Shown one piece after another: positions 39,215 through 47,803 of a DNA stretch of 64,000 nucleotides. The stretch covers positions 64,686 to 128,685 of the forward strand of contig CAWKFG010000005.1 in NCBI GenBank assembly GCA_963848965.1, in the 5' to 3' direction. Every line of letters begins with the position of its first letter. The stretch's first letter is position 1. The notes beneath the pieces are model-generated. The model was not told the DNA's origin and did not search any database. It saw nothing but the letters and a program-made list of their open reading frames with translations. The stretch comes from an uncultured bacterium (GTDB lineage: Bacteria; Babelota; Babeliae; Babelales; Babelaceae). The position numbers and the translations under genes were made by a program.

Positions 39215-41437
39215 CTATGATTCTATAGTCTTTATAGTATTTTCAAACTTCTTTAAAAGAGCTATTGTTTGACTATGCTCTTCAAAGCCAAGCTTAATAA
39301 TGAGGTCTATAAATTCCATGGGTCTTATGCCAGTCTCTGCAGCTTGATGAAAAATACAGGTAGCGGGTGTCAGTCCTGGAAGAGTATTAAACTCAAGAAT
39401 AACAACGCGCTCTTTTCCTGTAGGACTTTGCTGTGCATTTTGATAGAAGCAGTCAACACGAGCATAGCCCTTACAGTTAATTTCTTTATAAGCAGCTTCT
39501 ATTGTGTGTTTAACAAATTCTAAAGTAGCTTCAGGCAATGGTGCAGGTGTTTGATTTTCTCCTGCTCCTGGTAAAAACTTTTCTTCGATGGTAAGAATAC
39601 CACTTGCAGCAACAGCCTGACTTGGTGGTAATGCTTGAGGGCTATGATTTCCAATAACTCCTACAGTAAGTTCCATACCTTTTACAAACTCTTCAATAAA
39701 AGCATATTTTTTGCCATCAGCAAAAATTGCATCGATTGCTTCAATAAGCTCTTTCTCATTTTTAGCTTTTGCAACAAGGATACTACAACCATCATCATGT
39801 GGTTTTACAATAAGTGGAAATGGCCCTACAGCATGTATTTTAGCTAAACTTTCTTCTTGATTATGCTGCCATTCTTGAACAGAGAGTAAATGACTTTGAG
39901 GAACATCAAATCCTTGGTTCTTTAAAAATTCTGCAGTTTTAAACTTATCCATACATAAAGCACTTGCAAGGATAGAGGATCCATTATAAGGAACGCCCAG
40001 CATCTCTAACGTGCCTTGCACACAGCCGTTTTCTCCTTCGCCACCATGCAATGCGATAAACACAAAATCTGCAATGTTAGAGAGGTCATTCCAGCTAATT
40101 TTCATAGAAGGTTCAAGGCCAAGAGAGATCTCTTTTGTAGAGTTACACACTAAAAGTCGTTGATTAAGATGGTATAATTCCATGGTGGTATCTACAAAAA
40201 GCGGAATAGGAATATACTTGTGAGGAGATATTTTATAAAAAACATTTCTCCCTGACTCAAGTGATATCTCTCTTTCATGTGAGCGGCCACCCATTAAGAC
40301 TGCTATACGTTTTTTTGATTCAGTAGTCATAGATCTCTTCTCTTTTTTTTCTGTTTCACACAAATTAGTGAGCATTCCATAGCGATAAAGCTCAGTTTCA
40401 ATAAGGTGATTAATAAGACCTGTATGGCTCATATTCATTTCAGCTGCTTGCTTAAATAGAAAACTTGAAGGAGCAATACCAGAAAAGGTATTAGGATCAA
40501 TGATAACGATTGAACCGTCTTCTCGTACAATACCATCAATACGCGCAAGGTTTTCTATTTCTAAGATGTGTATTACTTTCTGAGCTGTCTGCTGTATTTT
40601 TTGTATCATTTCTGCACTACAACGAGCAGGAGTAAATTTGGTAGCACGACCAGGCATATACTTTTGTTCATAATCATAAAAGTCGGTTTCTGGAACAACT
40701 TCTGTAGGAGGAAGTGGAATAAAAGTACCAGTTTTATAATCGGTAATAATAATACACGAAAATTCCATGCCCTTTATATACTCTTCAATGAGTACTGTTT
40801 GAGTAACTTTACCATCAACCGTTGCTGCTTTTATAAGCGCAGGAATAAGCTTATTTTTGGTATGTACTACACTGACACCTAAGCTTGATCCTTCTTTATG
40901 TGGCTTTACAACCCAGGGTAAAGGCAAAGCAGCTGTTTCTAGTTGTTTATACAACTGTTCTGGCTCTTGTATATACTGCTCAAGTATATGAGGCGTTACA
41001 GTAACATCACGAGGAACATATATACCTCCTGCTTTTAAAAGCTTTTTCTGGGCAACTTTATCCATACCTGCTGCACTTGCCATAACTTTAGAGCCAAGAT
41101 AGGGGATACCAAGTACTTCAAGTATACCTTGCATAGTGCCATCTTCGGCATATTTGCCGTGCATAGCAATGTAGATGAACTCTACAAGATTCTTGAGATC
41201 GTCCCACTTGATTTTTTGTGCTTCACTTTCTAATCTATGTTCAAAATCACTAATTTTACCGCGATGCAAAAACCGCCATGGTAAAATATAAAGATCTCCA
41301 TTAGACCTTTGAAAGAGAGGAATAATGTCATATCGAAAAGTATCTAAATGGTCACATACAGTACGACCTGAATTAAAAGAAACTTCTTTTTCAATAGACT
41401 TTCCCCCCATGAGAACGCCTACACGTAGTTTACTCAT
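39215..41437 (-). CDS. ddl: Tandem two-domain D-Ala--D-Ala ligase
   Basis: Two full ATP-grasp units: GGKSIEKEVS/HGKYAEDG/KPHKEGSS/RIDG/DPNTFSG and GGRSHEREIS/HGGEGENG/KPHDDGCS/RVD/EFNTLPG. Confidence 0.9.
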   Translation of the reverse strand: MSKLRVGVLMGGKSIEKEVSFNSGRTVCDHLDTFRYDIIPLFQRSNGDLYILPWRFLHRGKISDFEHRLESEAQKIKWDDLKNLVEFIYIAMHGKYAEDGTMQGILEVLGIPYLGSKVMASAAGMDKVAQKKLLKAGGIYVPRDVTVTPHILEQYIQEPEQLYKQLETAALPLPWVVKPHKEGSSLGVSVVHTKNKLIPALIKAATVDGKVTQTVLIEEYIKGMEFSCIIITDYKTGTFIPLPPTEVVPETDFYDYEQKYMPGRATKFTPARCSAEMIQKIQQTAQKVIHILEIENLARIDGIVREDGSIVIIDPNTFSGIAPSSFLFKQAAEMNMSHTGLINHLIETELYRYGMLTNLCETEKKEKRSMTTESKKRIAVLMGGRSHEREISLESGRNVFYKISPHKYIPIPLFVDTTMELYHLNQRLLVCNSTKEISLGLEPSMKISWNDLSNIADFVFIALHGGEGENGCVQGTLEMLGVPYNGSSILASALCMDKFKTAEFLKNQGFDVPQSHLLSVQEWQHNQEESLAKIHAVGPFPLIVKPHDDGCSILVAKAKNEKELIEAIDAIFADGKKYAFIEEFVKGMELTVGVIGNHSPQALPPSQAVAASGILTIEEKFLPGAGENQTPAPLPEATLEFVKHTIEAAYKEINCKGYARVDCFYQNAQQSPTGKERVVILEFNTLPGLTPATCIFHQAAETGIRPMEFIDLIIKLGFEEHSQTIALLKKFENTIKTIES

Positions 41438-41639
41438 AATGTCCCTGCTCCTAGTAATAAAGAAAGAGCCTACTATAATACTTAGTGTATCATAGCAGAA
41501 TATTAATGCCACAGTTCAACTGTTGATCAAAGAAGTATAAAGTATACGGCTTTATATTTCTGCTTGATGAGCTTTGCGCACTCTTATGCTTTATGGTAAC
41601 CTAGAAGCTAACCAAGGTAAAATAACAAACGGGAAACTC

Positions 41640-42188
41640 ATGGATCGTTATAAAAGCCCCTTAGTCTGGATAGATTTAGAGATGTCGGGATTGAACCCGC
41701 AAGTAGATTCAATTTTAGAAATAGCAACAGTAGTTACTAATAATGACTTAGAAATTATAGCAGAAGGACCTAATATAGTTATTCATCAACCAAACGAGAT
41801 ATTAGAAGCAATGGATGACTGGAACACAACACAGCATAATGGTTCAGGCCTTGTAAAAGCAGTACGCGAGTCTACCATTTCAGTTATAGAAGCAGAGACA
41901 CAAACACTCGCGTTTCTTCAACAGTTTACTAAGAAGCGTATGTCGCCACTCTGCGGTAACTCAGTGTGGCAAGATCGCCTTTTTATTCAGCGTTATATGC
42001 GGCGCCTTGATGAATATCTTCATTACCGTATTGTCGATGTAAGCTCCGTAAAGGAAATTGTGCGCCGTTGGTATTCAGGGAACCCCGAAGAAAAGTTTAT
42101 TAAGCCAGAAAATCATCGAGCATTGGAAGATATTCTTTATTCAATAGCAGAGCTCAGGCACTATAGAACCTATTTCTTTATACCTTAA
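41640..42188 (+). CDS. orn: Oligoribonuclease
   Basis: LVWIDLEMSGL, LCGNSV.QDR.F, HYRIVDVSSVKE, HRALEDI. Confidence 0.95.
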   Translation: MDRYKSPLVWIDLEMSGLNPQVDSILEIATVVTNNDLEIIAEGPNIVIHQPNEILEAMDDWNTTQHNGSGLVKAVRESTISVIEAETQTLAFLQQFTKKRMSPLCGNSVWQDRLFIQRYMRRLDEYLHYRIVDVSSVKEIVRRWYSGNPEEKFIKPENHRALEDILYSIAELRHYRTYFFIP

Positions 42189-43177
42189 TGATTACACTAT
42201 TTCTTTCTTTTGCTTTTTTAGCAAGTGCTATCTCTGCAAATAAGATTATTCTTTATGCATTATCACCTACACTCCTTGTAGGGATCCGTATGCTTTTAGG
42301 AGGATTTCTTCTCTTCCTTTATACTCTTTTTCATAGAAGGCATCGTCTTAAGCTATCATCCATTAAACAGAATTTCTTTACTTTACTTCTCATTACTCTT
42401 ATCACTACTCTTATCCCTTCGCAGCTTAAGGCATATGCTCTACAAAATATGATCTCTTCTAAAATGGCCTTCTTTGGTACTCTTGATCCTTTTATTACAG
42501 CGCTCTATGCCTACTTTTTTTTTGCAGAAAAGCTTACGTCCAAAAAGCTTCTTGGTATTATCATTGGATTTCTTGGTGCTTCCATTCTTATAGTTTCTTC
42601 GTCGCCCTTAGAAGAGCATCTTAAAGCACTCGCATTTCTTTCATATCCTGAACTTGCAGCTTTTGGTTCAATTGCCATAAGTCGCTTAGGATGGCTCTTA
42701 ATTCAAAAGCTTATGAAAGCAAATACCTATACGCCGCCACAAATTAACGTTATAACTATGACACTCAGCGGTATCATCTCTCTTTCCTTTGCTTTTATTA
42801 CTCATGCTACTACCATTGGTGCTTTAACGCATCAAGTGCCCATTTTTTCTTATCCATTTTTCCAGTGGCTGGGCCCTTCAGGAATTCTTCTTTTTTTTGT
42901 GCTTTATACAAGTATCATCGGCAATGTCTTTGGCTATACTCTCTATGCTTCTATCTTAAAGCACTATAGTGCTACCTTTATTTCTCTTGCAGGTTTTTCT
43001 ATCCCGCTTTTAGTCTCTTTTTACGGCTGGCTTTTCTTAGGTGAAAGTTTATCTCTTGCATTCTTTGTCTCGTGCACTATTACCTTTATAGGACTTTGGA
43101 TTTTCTTTCTTGATGAGCGTAGCACACGTGTAGAGGAGCAACTACAATCAGCGCCAGTACGCGAAACTGTTGAGTAA
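42188..43177 (+). CDS. DMT/EamA-family transporter
   Basis: About 10 TM segments in two repeats ending FFAEK and FLGES. Confidence 0.88.
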   Translation: MITLFLSFAFLASAISANKIILYALSPTLLVGIRMLLGGFLLFLYTLFHRRHRLKLSSIKQNFFTLLLITLITTLIPSQLKAYALQNMISSKMAFFGTLDPFITALYAYFFFAEKLTSKKLLGIIIGFLGASILIVSSSPLEEHLKALAFLSYPELAAFGSIAISRLGWLLIQKLMKANTYTPPQINVITMTLSGIISLSFAFITHATTIGALTHQVPIFSYPFFQWLGPSGILLFFVLYTSIIGNVFGYTLYASILKHYSATFISLAGFSIPLLVSFYGWLFLGESLSLAFFVSCTITFIGLWIFFLDERSTRVEEQLQSAPVRETVE

Positions 43178-43230
43178 ATGACCTATGACGACTAAAATTT
43201 GCTCTATTTGTAAACTTAGGTGGCGATAGC

Positions 43231-44406
43231 TCAAGTGTCTGTGATAAGAGTTCCTACTGATCGCCAACTCATAATGTTACCGCGCGTTCGCTGTTGATTT
43301 TCAGAACCTGCGTAGATAACAAATCCCTTATCGGGTCTGCTACCAGTGAGTTCATTCCAATAGTCTAACGTGTCAAAATAGTCAGAGCTTATTGTTTTTC
43401 CAGATTTAATTTCAACAGGTATAAGCTGATTTGCTTCTTCAATAATACAGTCAACTTCATGACCATGATTATCTCTCCAGAAATAAAGACGTGGTGTTCT
43501 TGCAGCATTATAGTAAGCTTTATACATCTCGGCTAATACTAAACATTCTACAAGGCCTCCTCTTAAATAATGTGAGTATACTTGATCGGCAGATTCGATA
43601 GCCAAAAGTGTACATGCCAATCCTGTATCAAAAAAATATAATTTGGGGCTCTTTACTAAACGTCTACTGAAATTTTTGTAATGTGGATATAATAAGAAAA
43701 TAATATAACTTGCTTCTAAAATAGAGAGCCATGATTGTGCGGTATTAGAAGAAATACCACAATCGTTAGCTAAGGAATTTAAGTTCAGTAGCTGTCCAAT
43801 GCGCCCAGCACATAGTTGCATAAAGAGCTTAAAAGTACTTAAATTAGTTATGTTTTTTATCTGGCGTACATCTCGCTCTATATACGTTAAAAGATAACCT
43901 GCATACCAGATAGGTACCGGAATATCATATGCATAAACTGGTGGATAAGATCCTTTAAATATAGTGTTTTCAATAGTATCTGGTAGTACCTGTGCAGTTT
44001 CAAGCTCACTTAAAGAAAGTGGTAATAGTGTTAGAATTGCTATACGTCCTGCAAGTGTTTGGGAGACTGCTTCATTAATTAAAAAATTTTGAGATCCTGT
44101 AAGAATAAAGTAACCAGGAATACGTTCTACATCAACTGACGTCTGAATATAGGATAAAATTGTAGGAACATGCTGAATTTCATCTAGGATGATACCGTAT
44201 GGATTACGATACCGTTCAAGAAAACTACGCGGATCTTTAAGAGCAAATTCTCGTACATCAAGATCTTCGAGTGAAACATACTGATGCTTATTAAAAGTAG
44301 TCTTTGCTAAAGTAGTTTTACCTGACTGACGAGGCCCTAAAATAGCTACTACAGGAAAATAGGTAGCTACTTCTTGCAATTTAGGTGTTATTTTTCTACT
44401 TATCAT
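43231..44406 (-). CDS. AAA_14 ATPase with DUF4143 domain
   Basis: GPRQSGKTT, LDEIQ, LTGSQ, KSPKLYFFDTG, EVD...VEIKS; start placed at MISRKI. Confidence 0.92.
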   Translation of the reverse strand: MISRKITPKLQEVATYFPVVAILGPRQSGKTTLAKTTFNKHQYVSLEDLDVREFALKDPRSFLERYRNPYGIILDEIQHVPTILSYIQTSVDVERIPGYFILTGSQNFLINEAVSQTLAGRIAILTLLPLSLSELETAQVLPDTIENTIFKGSYPPVYAYDIPVPIWYAGYLLTYIERDVRQIKNITNLSTFKLFMQLCAGRIGQLLNLNSLANDCGISSNTAQSWLSILEASYIIFLLYPHYKNFSRRLVKSPKLYFFDTGLACTLLAIESADQVYSHYLRGGLVECLVLAEMYKAYYNAARTPRLYFWRDNHGHEVDCIIEEANQLIPVEIKSGKTISSDYFDTLDYWNELTGSRPDKGFVIYAGSENQQRTRGNIMSWRSVGTLITDT

Positions 44407-44596
44407 AAGGCTCCTTAGCTTCCTTAAACGCTGTAGTTCTGTACAAATTTTAAATCGGATTGCAAAATTGTACAAGAGTTCTCTTAAAAAGCTTTTATTT
44501 GTTTATTTTAAAAGAGTTTAATTAAAAAACTGGTTGGTATAATTATTTATCCTGTGCTTTGAAGAGTAGCTCTTAACTGTTAATTTTTCTCACTAA

Positions 44597-44644
44597 TCGG
44601 AGTATATTCCGAATAATTTAGTGTTATCTCGGAATATACTCCGA
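44597..44644. repeat. 16-bp perfect inverted repeat
   Basis: TCGGAGTATATTCCGA ... TCGGAATATACTCCGA. Confidence 0.85.
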
Positions 44645-44868
44645 GAAAATGAACATTTCTATACTTAAAGATATTATTATCGAACAAAATCCTCAAAAAA
44701 AATTCTTTTCAGGAATACTGGTCAAGTAATAGATGATGCTACCTGTTTAACTTTATAGGCCAAGAGAAAGCAACGACAGCCAAGAGAAATCTCACTTCAG
44801 TAAGTTCTGTCAAAATATAGACTCTACAATAACAGAAAGCGTATACTAAAATAAAGTAGGGGGACGGT

Positions 44869-45726
44869 ATGAAAAAGTGTATATACAGTATAGTAGTAAG
44901 TATTCTATGGCTAGCTAATGTGCAGGCTCAAGCGGATGAGCAAGCGTCAAAAGGTGCTCGTGTTGAAGCTTCTTTTATCTTGCAGAGTAAGCATAATGCT
45001 CTTTTAGAACATATGCAAAAGGTAAAGAAAAAACTTGAAGAAGCACAACTTATAACCAAAAAGTTAGCAGAAGAAAGAGAGTTAATTGCCCAAAAATTAG
45101 ATAAGGTTGAAAAAGAGTATCAGAAACTTGTACAGCAACCACAGAGGCGTAGAAGAACTGGTATAGTAAAAGAAGAAAGAGCACGATTAGCTACTCTGCT
45201 TGCAGTACTTGATATAGAGTTAAAATATGCTTGTTTGATAGAGAAAGTATATCCACAATATAGTAGAGAGCTTGATATGCTCTCACTTGGATTAAGTAAG
45301 TTTATTGCAGAGCTTTCTGAACAAGAGCCGATACTGTATGTAAAAATACGGAGTGAGATAGAGCGTGGATTCACTATTAAAAATAAAGTAGAGACAGAAG
45401 CGCGAATAATGGAACTTATTCTTGATATCGAAAAACGAAAAGTGCATGTAGATCATAGACAAAAACAGATAGCAGAAAAACAAGATAAACTCAAGATGAT
45501 TGAAGATGAAATTTCTCGCTATGGCATATCAAAAAAGCGCAGTGACTATCAAAGTTCATTGAAAAAGCAAATTGATTATCTAAAAAAGCTTATTCCAAGA
45601 CTACACAGCCGTCTACAAACAAAAAAGCAGGAGCTAGAAAGCCTTAAAGAACAAGCCCTTAAACTTAACAAAGAGATCTACAAAGAGAAGCAGGAATCAT
45701 ACTTTGTACAAAGACTAAACGAATAA
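44869..45726 (+). CDS. Secreted coiled-coil protein
   Basis: Signal peptide (AQA), K/E/Q heptads. Confidence 0.75.
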   Translation: MKKCIYSIVVSILWLANVQAQADEQASKGARVEASFILQSKHNALLEHMQKVKKKLEEAQLITKKLAEERELIAQKLDKVEKEYQKLVQQPQRRRRTGIVKEERARLATLLAVLDIELKYACLIEKVYPQYSRELDMLSLGLSKFIAELSEQEPILYVKIRSEIERGFTIKNKVETEARIMELILDIEKRKVHVDHRQKQIAEKQDKLKMIEDEISRYGISKKRSDYQSSLKKQIDYLKKLIPRLHSRLQTKKQELESLKEQALKLNKEIYKEKQESYFVQRLNE

Positions 45727-45729
45727 AGC

Positions 45730-47709
45730 TTAGCTTAATGGATTTGGGGTAAAGAACAGTGCACTTGAGTAGTGTTCTTTATTAATAGTTCTATAAAGCG
45801 AAACAAGCTCTGCAATTGAAGGAGACTTAAGATATATTTTGCGTGAATAGATATTTTTAATTTTATGTACAGGTGGCTGTGCAGGTCCTAAAAGAGCTAC
45901 AGAGAGTTTTTGTTCTTTGATGGTATGAGAGAGTGACTGAGCAATAGTAATAGATTCATGTTCTATAAGCTTTTCGTTTTCATGTTTGAGTTCAATTTCT
46001 GCAAGACGCATTGACGGTGGATAAGATAGTGCTGTACGATGCTCAATTTCATACTCATAAAAACGAGGGTACTCTAATTCTTGAAGATAATTAAAAAGTT
46101 TATGTTCAATCATTGTTTGCACAATAACAAGGCTTTCAGCCGATTGTCTTCCTGCTCTGCCTGCTACTTGAATAAGCTGCTGTAAGGTAGTTTCACTTGC
46201 ATTATAAAAGGGAATGCTAAGGTTAATATCTGCCCAGAGAATACCTACAAGTGTAACACGAGGAAAATGATACCCTTTCGTAATCGTTTGAGTACCTACA
46301 AGAATGTCGATAGCACCAGATTCAAAGTTGTGCATCGTTTGTTGCCACTTCTTTTTGTTAATAGTAGTATCTAAATCTGCTCGCTCTATACGAGCTTGTG
46401 GAAATAATTTCTCTAAAATAGAGACAATCTGCTGCGTTCCTATCCCCTTTTTAAGTAAAGCTGTTTCTCGCGCTTTACAGTTTGTGCAGAAAGAGGAGAT
46501 GCTGCTTGTGTAGCTGCAGTAATGACAGAGAAGGTGTATATTATAATGTACAGTAAGACTCACTGAACACTGTGGACAATGAGGAATAAAACCACACTCT
46601 TTACATTGCAAAAAGAAACTATAGCCACGTCTATTTAAGAAGATAATAATTTGCTCTTTCTTTGCAAGTCGATCGGCAATTGCTACTTCAAGCTCCTGAG
46701 AAATCCAAAAGTTTTTCCGTTTTTGTTTATTTTGCTTTTGTGAAAGCTTTACTACAGTCAGCGAAGGAAATGCACCAGCAAATCTCTTTTTCAGTTCAAA
46801 CAAGTGCCATCCTCGATGCTTAACATTATACAAAGATGAGAGCGAAGGGGTAGCAGAGCCAAGAACGATCGGTATTTGATACAGCTGTGCTCTCATGAGT
46901 GCAGCCTCTTTTGTGTTCATTTTCGGATGCTTTTTCTCTTGATATCCTACCTCATGCTCTTCATCTATGATAATAAGGCCAAGATTTGCAAGAGGAAGCA
47001 TAACAGGCAAATGAACTCCTACAATAAGAAGCGGCTGTTTGTGTAAAAGCTGGGACCACAAAGCACGCTTTTCTTTTATGCTTGTAGCAGAGTGAAAGCT
47101 GTAGATAGAAAGTGAAGGAAGAGACTTCTTAAATATTGAGGTAAATTGTACTGCAAGAGATACTTCAGGAGAAAGAAAGAGAACACTTTTCCCTTGGGCA
47201 TGTGCTTCTAAAATAAGCTTTTTGTATACTTCTGTTTTGCCAGAGCCCGTTACTCCATGAATAAGAGCAGGATAATAAGTCGGTTGTTGTATAATAGGTA
47301 CAAGCGAGTCTACAATTCGTTGTTGCTCGTGTGTTAAAGTAAGTTCTGTGGTTTCTGTATGTTCATGGGCGCTGATAACAGGTGTTTCATTTTCCTTTTC
47401 TTTTAAAAAAAGATGAACCCGTTTATAGAAATGGAGCGAATCTACTACATAGTAGGCACTCACTTTAGAGATAAACTGAAAATAAAGCGTATCATCAGGC
47501 AATGTTTCACGTGCATGAGCAGGTCTGATAGTAAATGAAACTGATTCAGTGAGATTCTTAAACACTTTTTGAACGACTGCAAATTCAATACGCTTTTGCA
47601 GTGGTACTTGTACAAGAGATCCTACTAAATTATCTAAAGACCAGTTATCAGGTACCTGGTAGGTAAGCGTATGAGAATAACCGTTAAGCAGCTTTACATG
47701 CATGAACAT
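45730..47709 (-). CDS. priA: Primosomal protein N'
   Basis: GVTGSGKTEVY, DEEHE, SATPS, LNRRGY, four CxxC, GTQ..TKG, QVAGRAGR. Confidence 0.96.
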   Translation of the reverse strand: MFMHVKLLNGYSHTLTYQVPDNWSLDNLVGSLVQVPLQKRIEFAVVQKVFKNLTESVSFTIRPAHARETLPDDTLYFQFISKVSAYYVVDSLHFYKRVHLFLKEKENETPVISAHEHTETTELTLTHEQQRIVDSLVPIIQQPTYYPALIHGVTGSGKTEVYKKLILEAHAQGKSVLFLSPEVSLAVQFTSIFKKSLPSLSIYSFHSATSIKEKRALWSQLLHKQPLLIVGVHLPVMLPLANLGLIIIDEEHEVGYQEKKHPKMNTKEAALMRAQLYQIPIVLGSATPSLSSLYNVKHRGWHLFELKKRFAGAFPSLTVVKLSQKQNKQKRKNFWISQELEVAIADRLAKKEQIIIFLNRRGYSFFLQCKECGFIPHCPQCSVSLTVHYNIHLLCHYCSYTSSISSFCTNCKARETALLKKGIGTQQIVSILEKLFPQARIERADLDTTINKKKWQQTMHNFESGAIDILVGTQTITKGYHFPRVTLVGILWADINLSIPFYNASETTLQQLIQVAGRAGRQSAESLVIVQTMIEHKLFNYLQELEYPRFYEYEIEHRTALSYPPSMRLAEIELKHENEKLIEHESITIAQSLSHTIKEQKLSVALLGPAQPPVHKIKNIYSRKIYLKSPSIAELVSLYRTINKEHYSSALFFTPNPLS

Positions 47710-47803
47710 AGAAGTATTGTTTTGTTAACGGATTGGTTGTTTTATGTTATACTTAGTATAAGGGATAATGAGCGAGTAGAGAAGAAAAATTATAAATACG
47801 ATT

